A DNA stretch of 64,000 nt, taken from IMG/VR virus record IMGVR_UViG_3300032296_003307, positions 204,740 to 268,739 of that record, one strand, 5' to 3'. Below, one piece after another: positions 35,120 through 45,875 of the stretch (position 1 is its first letter; every line of letters begins with the position of its first letter). Under the pieces are notes generated by a model. The model did not search any database. It had not been told where the DNA came from and saw only the letters and a program-made list of their open reading frames with translations. A program made the translations under genes and the position numbers.

Positions 35120-36627
35120 TTTGAGTTTACTATTTGGAATTTTAATTGTTTTTTATAAGTATCTACTTGACCACTAGAATTAACTTTTATATCTATAAAA
35201 TATTCGTTTGGTATTTTGTCTCTAGTGTCAAAAATAAAATAATACTCATTTGGTGTTCTGTTTATATTTGTCCAATCTTGAACTAATACTTCAGTAGTGC
35301 CTTCCATTACGTATACCCTATACTGTGCGGATATCTTTTGTAATGTCTCTTGAGCCGAGTATGCTTTTTTAATTGTTACCCCAACTTTTCTGACATCTGT
35401 ATCTAATATTTTTTCACTTTGTTTTATACCGTAAAAATCAAACCCAAAGATTGATGGGTCTTTACTGTATTGACCAACAATACCAAAAGTAGTTATGGCT
35501 TTTAACGCAAATTGGTTTTCAATTGTCCCTAAATTCGCACCATCTAAAATAACATCTGACCATTTGTCGTAAAATAAACATGGTGTTGTGTACCCTGTAA
35601 TTGCCGGTACAGTTACTTCGTAAACCCCCTTTGTCTTTAGACATGTTGTGAGTCCACTTAAATAAGAAGGTATATCTCCATAAGGGTCTTCAATATTAAC
35701 AACAGGTTCAGTGTCTAAATTTGACAATTCTCCCGCATCATTATAAACATACAAATACAATTTATTTTGTTTTTTTTCTACAAAATTATTTCTGTCATCG
35801 TCTATTAAGTCATCGTAAGTGGTTAAAAGATACGGTTCATAAAAAGTTTGTGTGTACTTAGTAAAAAAACCAACAGAATAATTTGTGGTTAAACCCGTGA
35901 TTATTTCAAAAGCGGGTTTGTAAGCGATTATCCAACCAGTAACACCTGTTAAAGAACCGTTTAAAATGGAATTTATTTCGTTGGACATATCAAACTCAAT
36001 ATCCTCATTTCCTAATTCAAAATGTTGTGTATCAACAATTGTTAGGTTTTCATAATTCTGACCTGAAAAAGACGATGTGTTTAAATTGCTGTAAATTCCC
36101 GGTGTTTGCCAATTTTCAATCGTACTCCTTTGGAAAAAATTACTTGGTCTGTCAGAATAAGTGTCTGTATCAAAAAAAGTGTTGTTAGTAAATGACGCTA
36201 AATAATTATTGTTTGTTTTTGTCAAATTATTAAAGTCGTATCCAACACCCTCGTCCCACGTTTGTGTGGTTCCACTACTTGTTAGTGGTATTCTGATTAA
36301 TACTAAATCAAATGATGTTGCTCTTTGTGAACCTGTCGAAGTTGTGGTATTTAATAAAGCCTCGTCAAAAGAAGAGGTGTTTCTCATTTTTAATGTATGT
36401 GTCATAGAAGAAAAAGAGGTACATCCTGTTGAAATTTCTCCTGACGCAATTTTTTCTTCTAATAAAGTTAAATCAATATCAAAAATAAATCTAGTGTAAC
36501 TAATCGGTTCTAATGCGAGTTGATTTGACCCAAAAGTTAATTCAGTTACGGGGTTTCTAGCCGTATTGGTATATGCGCCAAATATGATAGTATTATTTCT
36601 GTTAAAATATGAATTTAAAATTGACAT
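35116..36627 (-). CDS. Putative virion structural protein (beta-rich)
   Basis: 503 aa, Thr/Asn-rich, next to the baseplate spike gene; TATTTAT at 36639-36633. Confidence 0.6.
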   Translation of the reverse strand: MSILNSYFNRNNTIIFGAYTNTARNPVTELTFGSNQLALEPISYTRFIFDIDLTLLEEKIASGEISTGCTSFSSMTHTLKMRNTSSFDEALLNTTTSTGSQRATSFDLVLIRIPLTSSGTTQTWDEGVGYDFNNLTKTNNNYLASFTNNTFFDTDTYSDRPSNFFQRSTIENWQTPGIYSNLNTSSFSGQNYENLTIVDTQHFELGNEDIEFDMSNEINSILNGSLTGVTGWIIAYKPAFEIITGLTTNYSVGFFTKYTQTFYEPYLLTTYDDLIDDDRNNFVEKKQNKLYLYVYNDAGELSNLDTEPVVNIEDPYGDIPSYLSGLTTCLKTKGVYEVTVPAITGYTTPCLFYDKWSDVILDGANLGTIENQFALKAITTFGIVGQYSKDPSIFGFDFYGIKQSEKILDTDVRKVGVTIKKAYSAQETLQKISAQYRVYVMEGTTEVLVQDWTNINRTPNEYYFIFDTRDKIPNEYFIDIKVNSSGQVDTYKKQLKFQIVNSK

Positions 36628-36639
36628 CTATTATAAATA

Positions 36640-38163
36640 TCAATTCATTCTAATATTTTCATTCAGTATGGTTTGGTTTGCATTGTTTAATTCAAATAAA
36701 ATTTGTTGGACTGTTGTACCATCAGTACCTACGGGTACCGCAGCCAATCCATGATATGAGTGAACGTGAGATATCATAAATTTTATGACCAAATTAAGAA
36801 GACTTATTAATTCTTCACCTCTTACCATAGAACTTGTATTTGGTAAAATATTGTCTAAAATTTGTGATTGGTTAATTCCATATATTGTGTTTTCAATATC
36901 TAACTCTTTTGCCAAGTGTGATAATAATAAAACATTATCGGCACCTAAAATTCCGTAAGTTACAGGGTTTGTTGTGTTTTCAGTTTCTTGGATTTCACTA
37001 AAAACCGTTTTTGTTGGTTTTCCGGTTGCGTTTTCACTTAACACAATACCAAAACCATTGTCTTGATTACTTGGGTTATCGTAGTCGGCATCTAAAAAAG
37101 AAATGTTGTTGTAAAATCTATTAAAATTATTCTCAGATACATTACCATCTACAGAAGTAATTGTTGTAATATTTGGTTTAAAAATAAAAGGAAATCTATT
37201 TTCTGATAAATCGGGACCGCTTTCACCTGTATCAGGAATTGTTAAATTATTCCAAGCAACATCAGATATAAAATTATTTATTATTTCTACCGCATCGTCA
37301 AAACTTTCATTTTTAAATTGTTGTGTATAATATATTTGAGAAATAGAACTTAAATCAGAATTAAAAACTATTGTTTCTGTGGTTGCACTTCTTGATAATG
37401 GTAATTTATATAAATTTACACTACCTGTAAACCTACCCAATAAATTATCTAAATTTTGTATATCCCATTCTACCAAATATCTAACAAATAATTCATCATC
37501 TTCTAATCTAAACGTTTTTCTTGGGGGTTGTTTAATTAAAGTTTCCTTAAAATTTGTTAGTTGTAAAAATGACCTCCTCGTGTACCCTATTGGGTAATCA
37601 TGAACAGATAGATTTTGTGTTTTACCTGCTCTAACTAATACTTCTTCTGCCTTTACAATTACATCCGCAGAACCTCTGCCTATAATACCGTAATCCTCAG
37701 GTTGAGGAAAGATTCCCTCTGATTGGGGGTTGTTGTATTCCCCTTCACTATTTTTAAGTTCTAATGTTGGTAAAATTTGAGGACCTTCACCTGTTTGTTG
37801 TTTCATCGCTTGGAAGTTCTCAAAAGGAATTGCCATTGGAGAGGAATATTGACCAGGAACATAATAAGCGTCTTGCCAAGGATACAATGAGTTTTGATAA
37901 AAAATGTTAATCCTTTCACCCTCAATCATGGGTAAACTTAAAAACAGTGGAACCAAAGGTCTTACCACCAAAGGGTCTATGGGACCTTTTCTTGGGTCTG
38001 TATTCCATTTGTATTTTCCATCAATACCATAAGCCTCAATAACCGCTAATATTGATTTATCTTCAGGTTCGGCTCTTACCCTACCCAAATCCAATGGGTC
38101 TTGAACATCAACGACCAAAGCGGGAAATATTATTCGGTATTCGTTTTTAACTATATCAGGCAT
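36640..38163 (-). CDS. Baseplate hub/central spike protein (gp5/VgrG-like)
   Basis: N-terminal OB-fold motif VVDVQDPLDLGRVRA and C-terminal HVHSYHG metal-binding tip motif. Confidence 0.7.
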   Translation of the reverse strand: MPDIVKNEYRIIFPALVVDVQDPLDLGRVRAEPEDKSILAVIEAYGIDGKYKWNTDPRKGPIDPLVVRPLVPLFLSLPMIEGERINIFYQNSLYPWQDAYYVPGQYSSPMAIPFENFQAMKQQTGEGPQILPTLELKNSEGEYNNPQSEGIFPQPEDYGIIGRGSADVIVKAEEVLVRAGKTQNLSVHDYPIGYTRRSFLQLTNFKETLIKQPPRKTFRLEDDELFVRYLVEWDIQNLDNLLGRFTGSVNLYKLPLSRSATTETIVFNSDLSSISQIYYTQQFKNESFDDAVEIINNFISDVAWNNLTIPDTGESGPDLSENRFPFIFKPNITTITSVDGNVSENNFNRFYNNISFLDADYDNPSNQDNGFGIVLSENATGKPTKTVFSEIQETENTTNPVTYGILGADNVLLLSHLAKELDIENTIYGINQSQILDNILPNTSSMVRGEELISLLNLVIKFMISHVHSYHGLAAVPVGTDGTTVQQILFELNNANQTILNENIRMN

Positions 38164-38374
38164 TGTTTCTATTTCTGAATTCTTTATGTATTATATCATA
38201 CATTGTTTCGATGTTGTCCAAATGATGTGTCAATTGAACTATGGTTTCTTTTGTTTGGTCAAAGTCTTCTCTTAAAAAGTCCATCGCCTTTATTAAGTCA
38301 GAGTTTGGTCTATCGTTAACTTCTTTGACAATTGTTGTCAATTCTTCCACTGTTATTTTTCCTAAGTCAATCAT
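38156..38374 (-). CDS. Small coiled-coil protein
   Basis: 72 aa, overlapping both neighbours. Confidence 0.65.
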   Translation of the reverse strand: MIDLGKITVEELTTIVKEVNDRPNSDLIKAMDFLREDFDQTKETIVQLTHHLDNIETMYDIIHKEFRNRNNA

Positions 38375-40296
38375 AATATTATTCCTGATTTTGTTACAAA
38401 CCCAACTTGGCTTATCAAACCTATATCTGCCGCGGTTATTAATTGTTTTGTTACTGAATTGGCATCTCTTTCCGCTTCAACGCCGGTGATTTCTGCTAAT
38501 TTAGCCAAAAGACCAATATTTGGAGAACCATCGGGCATCGGTCCAGTTGGTATTCCAATTTTTTGATATTCTTCTAAAACATTCAAAAACGCTCTTGTGT
38601 TATCAAAACCTCCTCTGGCATCCGCCAACGCTAGAAGTGGTGCAGGTACGTTTATCAGACCTTGCCTTAGAGCAAGTCGTATTGCGTTTAGTATACTATC
38701 AATTAAATTTTTACACTTTCTATAATCACTAATAACGCCAGCAACAAGAACCCCCGCATCTATAATCTGTAGTAATTGTAATATAACTTTTACTTTTTTG
38801 TTTTTTTTATTTTTTAAAATGTCTTTTGCAATGACTCTTAAAAGGTCCTTAATGTCTTTTATTATTAAATCGTATAAAATTTTCACAAATAATGCACCCA
38901 ATTTAGAAACGACATTTATAACAAGTGTTTTGAATTTTTTAGAAAAATCAACTAACCCTGTTATAGTGTCGACTACTGATTGTTGTAACGATTTTAACAT
39001 AATCATCATAGGTAATAACACCTTGGGTGATAACATTGCCTTAAATATTGATATCGCAACTTCTTTAATAAATTTTGTATTGATAGATATTTTTAATGTC
39101 TCTTGCTTGGGCCAACCGGGACTATCTCCTATATTATCAAACACTTTATTAACTAATTCGTCTAACTTTCCTGGTGCCGCTTGGTCATCTAATAGTGTTA
39201 AATTTTTATAGATACCTTGTGTGTTTACCGGTAAATTTACAACGTCGCAGTCTTGAAACTGTATTACACCTAATTTTACATCGTTTATTGTTGCGTCTAT
39301 GTCACGTAAATCTATATCAGTCATTTCAAAAAACTGCTCATCAACACCATCTAATTCAGGTACTTTTGACGTTCCTGCAACGTCTATTTCTTTTCTATCA
39401 TCAAAACATAATCCTAACACTCTTTGAAGAATTAAACTGAATTTTTTTTCTTCTTGTATTTTTTCAGAAGGGGCGTCCGAAACTATATAATCAAAATTTA
39501 ATAGATTATTCAGAATAGATGTCCAAAGAGCTCTCATATCTAATATTTTAATTGTTTGAAAATAGTCATTTATAAAATCACTAATTAAATTTTCGGAACC
39601 AATTCTGTCCTTTAAAGTGACTCTATAACTTTCAATTGAGTCTATGTATTGAATATCAAATAACTCTCTACCTGTAAATCCATAATATATTTGTCCGTTG
39701 GTTACGGAGTATTCTTGTCCGGTCATGATTAACTCAAACAATTCACGATTCATCGCAAACGGTGTTTGTTGTACCACAATAGGATAAGTTTCGTAATGTA
39801 ATGCGCCCACTTTAGAATCAGGAGCGTCGTATAACGCTCCGAAAAGGTCAATAGATTTAATTGGTATATCTAAGACTTGTGAGTTGTATTTTTGTTGTTG
39901 GTCACACCCTAATAATTTTTTTAATTCTTGTAGAAATATTGTTTCCGCCTGTCCTTGGACCCTATTAACAGCCTCTACGTATTTATTTCTCAAAAAATTA
40001 GTGGTCTCACCCATGGTTTTTCCACTTACGTTGCCAGGTGCGCCTTGTAATTTCAATAAGTCAAAAAGTCTGTCTGATTGGGTTTTGACATCCCTCTCAA
40101 ATCTTTTTTTTCCTGTCGCTTTTTGTAATTGGTCTATTTGAGTAACTAACTTTGTTTTAGATTCTTGAAACTCTTTTTGTTTTCCGTTAGCATCTTCAAT
40201 AGCCTCTTTATACGCAACTTTAACCTCCTTATAGGTTTTTGATGCAACTACTTTGGATTCTACTTCACCATATGTTTCTTTTAAATCTATTGGCAT
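38371..40296 (-). CDS. Large helical hypothetical protein (possible tail/baseplate component)
   Basis: 641-aa ORF in the same operon as the spike gene. Confidence 0.7.
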   Translation of the reverse strand: MPIDLKETYGEVESKVVASKTYKEVKVAYKEAIEDANGKQKEFQESKTKLVTQIDQLQKATGKKRFERDVKTQSDRLFDLLKLQGAPGNVSGKTMGETTNFLRNKYVEAVNRVQGQAETIFLQELKKLLGCDQQQKYNSQVLDIPIKSIDLFGALYDAPDSKVGALHYETYPIVVQQTPFAMNRELFELIMTGQEYSVTNGQIYYGFTGRELFDIQYIDSIESYRVTLKDRIGSENLISDFINDYFQTIKILDMRALWTSILNNLLNFDYIVSDAPSEKIQEEKKFSLILQRVLGLCFDDRKEIDVAGTSKVPELDGVDEQFFEMTDIDLRDIDATINDVKLGVIQFQDCDVVNLPVNTQGIYKNLTLLDDQAAPGKLDELVNKVFDNIGDSPGWPKQETLKISINTKFIKEVAISIFKAMLSPKVLLPMMIMLKSLQQSVVDTITGLVDFSKKFKTLVINVVSKLGALFVKILYDLIIKDIKDLLRVIAKDILKNKKNKKVKVILQLLQIIDAGVLVAGVISDYRKCKNLIDSILNAIRLALRQGLINVPAPLLALADARGGFDNTRAFLNVLEEYQKIGIPTGPMPDGSPNIGLLAKLAEITGVEAERDANSVTKQLITAADIGLISQVGFVTKSGIIL

Positions 40297-40297
40297 A

Positions 40298-40660
40298 TTA
40301 TTTCATTTTAAAAGAGGTGTTTATGTCATCCAAATCTTTTTGAAGTAATGTTTTGAGCATTTCTTCATCGGAATCAGTTAACATTAACGATTCTTCTTGT
40401 TTTGATTTCTCCCAAATTGATGTTTGTAATTTAGCTAAAGTTAATTTTTTTTCTACAACTTCATTTATTATTTTTTGTTGTTTTTCTAAAACAGGACCAA
40501 TAAGAGTCATATCTTCAGGTTCCTTTAGAAATGCTAACATTTTATTTTGAACTCTTAATGCGGTTGTTCTTTGTTCAACAAGTTCATTATATACTTCTTG
40601 AAGTAATGACAATATTGAGTCCTTTGAGGTATCAATTTCTTTCTTTTTTGGTCTTGGCAT
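40298..40660 (-). CDS. Hypothetical coiled-coil protein
   Basis: 120 aa; TATTTAT at 40671-40665. Confidence 0.7.
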   Translation of the reverse strand: MPRPKKKEIDTSKDSILSLLQEVYNELVEQRTTALRVQNKMLAFLKEPEDMTLIGPVLEKQQKIINEVVEKKLTLAKLQTSIWEKSKQEESLMLTDSDEEMLKTLLQKDLDDINTSFKMK

Positions 40661-40686
40661 ATCTATAAATACTTTTCCTACGATTT

Positions 40687-41430
40687 TTAATCTAACATAC
40701 CATTTAAAACAAAGTAGTACATTTTTTTGAACTTTTTAATTGAGCCTCTTATTTCTTTGGTTGATAAGTTAGTCATTTCTCTTAAAGACAACAATATAAC
40801 ATTTTTATTAAACTTGTTATTCTCATTCCCTAAAAATATTTCTTTGTAATTCTCAAAAAGGTCTTGAAGTGCAAATCCTAATTTTTTTTCATTTTCAGTC
40901 AATTCATTTTGGTCCATCATTCTTTTTAATTCGTCTACAAATTTACCTATTACGTCTTGAGCATCAACAATTTCATACTCCAAATAATAAACCATGTCAG
41001 GTCTATTTTCTAAATTTGTTGATATGTCTTCATACGATACTTTACGATTAGTTTCTTTTTGGTCCTTAATGATTTGACCCATTAAATAATTCTTGCAAAT
41101 TGTACCAAAATATGAATAAGCCTTCTTTTCTTTAGAAGGCTTAAACTTATCAATTTTGGTCATTAAAAAAGAGTGAGTATCCGTATGAATTTCCTTAAAG
41201 TCCATGTCTTTACGATATAACTTGTATCTTCTTATTATTGAAGATATCATTTTATCTAATGGACCTCTTAGGTATTGATTGTAAATCTCGTTCTTTTCGT
41301 TAAATGTTGTTGCGGTTAGATACATTCTAACCGCCATTTCTTCTTCTACATCAAAGTAGTTTTCTTTTGTGGCTTTACGCCCCCTTTTTCTCGAAAGAAC
41401 TGTCGTTGTAGTCGTTTCATACGTGGACAT
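40687..41430 (-). CDS. Phage sigma factor (T4 gp55-like late sigma)
   Basis: ENYF...KIDKFKPSKEKKAYSYFGTICKNYLMGQIIKDQK resembles sigma region 2 and gp55 (NF...AYxTQxxxNAFxxRIKKE). Confidence 0.65.
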   Translation of the reverse strand: MSTYETTTTTVLSRKRGRKATKENYFDVEEEMAVRMYLTATTFNEKNEIYNQYLRGPLDKMISSIIRRYKLYRKDMDFKEIHTDTHSFLMTKIDKFKPSKEKKAYSYFGTICKNYLMGQIIKDQKETNRKVSYEDISTNLENRPDMVYYLEYEIVDAQDVIGKFVDELKRMMDQNELTENEKKLGFALQDLFENYKEIFLGNENNKFNKNVILLSLREMTNLSTKEIRGSIKKFKKMYYFVLNGMLD

Positions 41431-41432
41431 TA

Positions 41433-42233
41433 TTATACTTGAGGTTCATATTTTATGCCTCTATCGTCTGTAAAATAAAATTCTTTCTTAGATGTTTCAA
41501 TCCAAAATTTAACTTCATTTTCAGTCATGGGTTGAGTTCCGTTTTTGTAGTTCCAAAAAATACTACCCTCTCTCATGTTCAAGTGTTTGTACCCAAACTT
41601 AGGTATTGTCATAATACGTAAAGAATGATATGTCATTCTCAAGAAGAATTCATATCCAAAAGTCAATTTTACACTAGGCTTTAGTTTTCCGAATTCGACA
41701 AATTTATTTTTTTTCATAACCGCACCTGAGATTTGAAAGTTTTGATAACTTTGTAAAATATCATTAGACAATATCCCTATTTCCTGTGCAAAATTAGCCG
41801 CAAATGTGGCTTCATTTGTAAAACCAGCAAAAGTACCTTTTGTATCTACGTCAATTACGATAGGTAAAAAAATGTCAGTTTGTTCGTAGAAATTGTAATA
41901 TTTTTCTACATTGTCCAACCAAATTGGTGATAATTCGTCATCAAATTCTAAAATAGTAAACCACTCTGAGTTGCAATTTTCGACACCAAAATTAACTTGA
42001 GAACAAAAATTAGGTTCATCAGAATACTCTAATAGGTTTACCGTTAAACCTGAATAATCAAATGATTTTAATTTTTCAATTAATGGTTCTTCTTTAGTAT
42101 GTACAATTACTAACTCTTTAGGTTGTTTTCTTTGTTGTAAAACCGAGTTAACACAACTTTGTAAATAATCATCAAAACCTTTGGTTAATGCGGATTTTAT
42201 GGGTAGTATAACTGAAATATCTATATTTTTCAT
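41433..42233 (-). CDS. Glycosyltransferase, GT2 family
   Basis: ISVILPI...SVLQQ...ELVIV...NFGV...ILEFDD. Confidence 0.8.
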   Translation of the reverse strand: MKNIDISVILPIKSALTKGFDDYLQSCVNSVLQQRKQPKELVIVHTKEEPLIEKLKSFDYSGLTVNLLEYSDEPNFCSQVNFGVENCNSEWFTILEFDDELSPIWLDNVEKYYNFYEQTDIFLPIVIDVDTKGTFAGFTNEATFAANFAQEIGILSNDILQSYQNFQISGAVMKKNKFVEFGKLKPSVKLTFGYEFFLRMTYHSLRIMTIPKFGYKHLNMREGSIFWNYKNGTQPMTENEVKFWIETSKKEFYFTDDRGIKYEPQV

Positions 42234-42237
42234 AATC

Positions 42238-43296
42238 TTAGTTTGTTTCTTTAATTCTGTTTAATTGTTCTTGGAAATTATTAAGTCTTGCGTCAAAAAT
42301 ATTCATAAAACAATCTAATACTTTTTCCTCAAAAACATTTTTATCCGAAAATTTATTTGCGGTTTCTTTTCCGTCTTGAATTAGTTTCGGTGAAATATTA
42401 TCCTCCAACCAATTTAGGGTAAAATCTGCAATTACGTCTGTAAAATTTATTGGGTTGTCTATCCACACTCCATTCTCTTCGGTCATCCAGTCATGTTTCA
42501 AATAAGGTATTTTACCAATTACAGGAACTCCAACTTTCATACTTTCCAAAGGAAATGAGCCCCAAGTACTTGTTGGGTCAATCCAAACAGACAAGAATGA
42601 TTCTTTGATAGAAGTGGCGAAATCTTGTTCAGATAAACCTCTTAAATCTCTAAAAGTAATCCATCTATACTGAGGAAATTTTAAATAAAACTCTTTAATC
42701 AAGTTTATTGCATCTCTTTGGTCTCTTGAGTGTACACCAATTATTGGTTTTGCGGGAACCACCTGCTCTTCAAATTTATCTGAAATCAAAGGTTCAATAA
42801 TGTCGTAAGAAACATTTCTCATTACCTTAGATATTTGTGACTTAGCACTTTCACTTGTGGTAATACATTTTAAGAAACCAAAATCAGGCCAAGTGGCACC
42901 TGGTTGTAATGTTTCTAAAACATGGTCGTAAGCCTGAGCAATCACTATTTTACCACAAGGTAGGTTTTTTACCTGTTCCATTACGAAACCAAATATTTCG
43001 GGTAGAACTAACAAATCTTCAGGTGCCACTGACAAATTACCCCCCTCAATTGGTTGATGAGGTAAGTCATCATATTTAGCGTCTAACCAAGAAGACACAG
43101 GTGTGTAGTCAGGTTTTTCAGTCAACATTATTGCGTTGTAACCGTTGTTTTTTAATGTAAGTGCAAAATCATAAATGTATCTTATTGATGCCTTTGCGTT
43201 ACCTTTTGTTTCTTGAACGAAGAAATAAATCCTTGCGTTTTTATTTACGATTTGTTCAATTGATTTTTCTAACTTTAAAACTAATTCGTTTTCCAT
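42238..43296 (-). CDS. Glycosyltransferase, GT-B fold
   Basis: DLLVLPE and WGSFPLESMKVGVPVIG (GT4-like nucleotide-binding motif). Confidence 0.75.
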   Translation of the reverse strand: MENELVLKLEKSIEQIVNKNARIYFFVQETKGNAKASIRYIYDFALTLKNNGYNAIMLTEKPDYTPVSSWLDAKYDDLPHQPIEGGNLSVAPEDLLVLPEIFGFVMEQVKNLPCGKIVIAQAYDHVLETLQPGATWPDFGFLKCITTSESAKSQISKVMRNVSYDIIEPLISDKFEEQVVPAKPIIGVHSRDQRDAINLIKEFYLKFPQYRWITFRDLRGLSEQDFATSIKESFLSVWIDPTSTWGSFPLESMKVGVPVIGKIPYLKHDWMTEENGVWIDNPINFTDVIADFTLNWLEDNISPKLIQDGKETANKFSDKNVFEEKVLDCFMNIFDARLNNFQEQLNRIKETN

Positions 43297-43297
43297 A

Positions 43298-43570
43298 TTA
43301 TAAACTTTGTATCATTTTGTGTTTAAGAAGTGTGTTCCAAGCAATTCTGAATGGGATTGTTAAGTTATTAGATGCTCTTGACCCCAACATTTCGTCCGTC
43401 TCTTCTTGTTCTGTAAGAACAATCTCCATCATCATTTTTACCAATTCATATCTTACGATGGAAATACTTTGTTCTGTTTCACCTGTTGTAGGCTCTTTCG
43501 ATTCAATATTCAAATACTCGTTGATATTGTTTAAATCGAAATAATAATTTTCACCCATTAACTGTATCAT
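43298..43570 (-). CDS. Hypothetical protein
   Basis: 90 aa within the operon. Confidence 0.65.
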   Translation of the reverse strand: MIQLMGENYYFDLNNINEYLNIESKEPTTGETEQSISIVRYELVKMMMEIVLTEQEETDEMLGSRASNNLTIPFRIAWNTLLKHKMIQSL

Positions 43571-44156
43571 GTTCTGTTATTTTTTCTAAAATAATATCTA
43601 ATTCCTTAAAATTAGAAATAGTAAATTCGGTATCAATGTCTTTATTATAGACCATATCATATTTAATCATGGTTTTCCCATGATTATTTTGTAATAAATT
43701 TGGATTTGTAGTTACAATAACATCCATTTCAGACCAAACTTCATTTTCATTAAATTTGTTTATGAATATTATTTTATCACACTGACACGCAAATTTTGAG
43801 ATAAAAAATAATGTTGCGGGTTTCGCTTTACCGATGTCATCTGAAAACAAAATGAATCTATGTTTTTCTTTGTATTTTTGATAGATTTCGTCATAATCAT
43901 AAAAAGTTGACATTTCAGTCGATGGGGCGTGACCAAATATCTGCATTACAAATTCTTCATATAAAAAACTATAAAATTCTTCGTCGTCTTTGAAGTTGAA
44001 ATGATTACCGAATTCAAATGATGTTACAGGTAAATTCATCTCATAAACAAACTCAGGTTCTTCACCCATTTCATCAATTAAGTATTTTTGATAAACTTGT
44101 TCTATTTTGGCAACAACGTCCCTTAGAACCCCATTTATTTCTATTGCGATGTTCAT
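43551..44156 (-). CDS. HAD/NT5C-like 5'-nucleotidase homologue with a degenerate motif I
   Basis: MNIAIEINGVLRD (canonical IxIDxDGVLxD) and C-terminal YN motif. Confidence 0.6.
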   Translation of the reverse strand: MNIAIEINGVLRDVVAKIEQVYQKYLIDEMGEEPEFVYEMNLPVTSFEFGNHFNFKDDEEFYSFLYEEFVMQIFGHAPSTEMSTFYDYDEIYQKYKEKHRFILFSDDIGKAKPATLFFISKFACQCDKIIFINKFNENEVWSEMDVIVTTNPNLLQNNHGKTMIKYDMVYNKDIDTEFTISNFKELDIILEKITEHDTVNG

Positions 44157-44878
44157 TCTTCGTATCTTTTAAGAATTTTAGTTATAAGAGGATTTCTTAC
44201 AATATCTTTTTCATTAAATTCAAAGACACCTATATCATCCATATCTTTAAATTTATTTATTGCATCCCATAAACCTGATTGAGTTTTATCTTTGTACCTA
44301 TCCGTCTGTTCCAAATCTCCTGAAATAAAAAATTTACTATTAAAACCAATCCTTGTTAACAATAATTTCATTTGATTAGGTGTACTATTCTGACCTTCTT
44401 CAAAAATCAAAATTGTGTTATCTATGTTCCAACCTCTTATGTATGCCAACGCTTGAACTTCTATAAAATCAGATTGTATTAATCTTTCTCGTGTTTCTTT
44501 ACCTATTAATTTATTTAAAAGATAATACGAGGGACTGATGTATGGGTCTAATTTTTCTTCTAACGAACCGGGTAACGAACCTAACTTTTCTTCCGCTTCA
44601 ACCGCAGGTCGTACAATCATTAATTTTTCATAAGGACTGTTTGGGTCTGATAATAAATCTACAGCGGCTTTCATGGCTATGTATGATTTTCCTACACCGG
44701 CGGGACCAGAACAAATAGTGATTTGATTCTTTCTAAGAATATCATAATAAATTTTTTGATTTTCTGTTAAGAATTTTTCTTTTGTTTGTTTTTTTAGAAT
44801 TGTGACTAAAAGTTCTTTTTTATTTTTTTGTGATAATTCTTGTACAATCGGAGTTGTTACTTTTTTCTTTTTTTCCAT
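44153..44878 (-). CDS. phoH: PhoH family ATPase
   Basis: GPAGVGKS, RPAVE..EKLGSLPG, AYIRG, EEGQN, LTRIG, GDLEQ and DIVRN motifs. Confidence 0.95.
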   Translation of the reverse strand: MEKKKKVTTPIVQELSQKNKKELLVTILKKQTKEKFLTENQKIYYDILRKNQITICSGPAGVGKSYIAMKAAVDLLSDPNSPYEKLMIVRPAVEAEEKLGSLPGSLEEKLDPYISPSYYLLNKLIGKETRERLIQSDFIEVQALAYIRGWNIDNTILIFEEGQNSTPNQMKLLLTRIGFNSKFFISGDLEQTDRYKDKTQSGLWDAINKFKDMDDIGVFEFNEKDIVRNPLITKILKRYEE

Positions 44879-44879
44879 T

Positions 44880-45875
44880 TTAGTTAGTTATTATTTTATT
44901 TTGATTTTGATTATAAAATTCAAACCAATAATCAATCATTTCATTCAACATCGTTTCAAAGTTGTACTTGGGTTCCCACCCTGTATGGTTTTTTAATTTT
45001 TCAGGACTACCTTTTAAATTGTTTAGTTCTTCCGGTCTTAAAAATTTTTCATCAATTACTACATAATCTTGATAAGATAAATTAAGTCTGTGGAACACGT
45101 ATTCGCACAAATCTCGAACGGTATGTGAAACGCCCGTTGCACAAACATAATCGTCAGGAGATTCTAATTGTAGTATCATCCACATCGCTTCAACATAATC
45201 TTTAGCGTGACCCCAATCACGACTGGCATCTAAATTACCTAACGCTAATTTATTTGACAATCCTAATTTTATCTTAACGGCTTCTTTCACCACTTTATTA
45301 GTAACAAAATTAGTTCCTCTCCTTGGCGATTCGTGGTTAAAAAGAATGCCGTTCGATATGAACATGTCGTAAGAATTTCTATAGTTTCTTGATATGTTAT
45401 ATGAAAATACTTTTGCACATCCATATGGAGATACTGGGTTCATCTGTGTTGTTTCTCTTTGGAACCCGTCAGGGTCTATAGAGTTTCCAAACATTTCAGA
45501 TGATGATGCTTGGTATATTTTTGTGTTGGGTTTTATTAATCTTACCGCCTCTAAAAGATTTAATGTTCCTAAACCAGTTACGTTTGCGGTGTATATGGGT
45601 TGGTCAAAAGATATTCTAACGTGTGACTGAGCAGCCAAATTATATATTTCATCTGGTTGTGTTTTTTTGATTACTGTCATTAATGATGAAAGGTCAGTCA
45701 TATCCGCATAAAATAATTTAACATCATCGTAAACATTTCCAAGTCTTGCTGTTTGATTCTCTGCAACTGAATTTCTTTTTAAAGTACCAAAAACTTCGTA
45801 ATTTTTTTCTAATAATAATTCGGCCAAATAAGAACCGTCTTGTCCATTAATGCCGGTAATCAAAGCTTTTTTCAT
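44880..45875 (-). CDS. gmd: GDP-mannose 4,6-dehydratase
   Basis: ALITGINGQDGSYLAE, YNLAAQSHV, QASSSE, SPYGCAK, NHESPRRG and RDWGHA. Confidence 0.95.
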   Translation of the reverse strand: MKKALITGINGQDGSYLAELLLEKNYEVFGTLKRNSVAENQTARLGNVYDDVKLFYADMTDLSSLMTVIKKTQPDEIYNLAAQSHVRISFDQPIYTANVTGLGTLNLLEAVRLIKPNTKIYQASSSEMFGNSIDPDGFQRETTQMNPVSPYGCAKVFSYNISRNYRNSYDMFISNGILFNHESPRRGTNFVTNKVVKEAVKIKLGLSNKLALGNLDASRDWGHAKDYVEAMWMILQLESPDDYVCATGVSHTVRDLCEYVFHRLNLSYQDYVVIDEKFLRPEELNNLKGSPEKLKNHTGWEPKYNFETMLNEMIDYWFEFYNQNQNKIITN

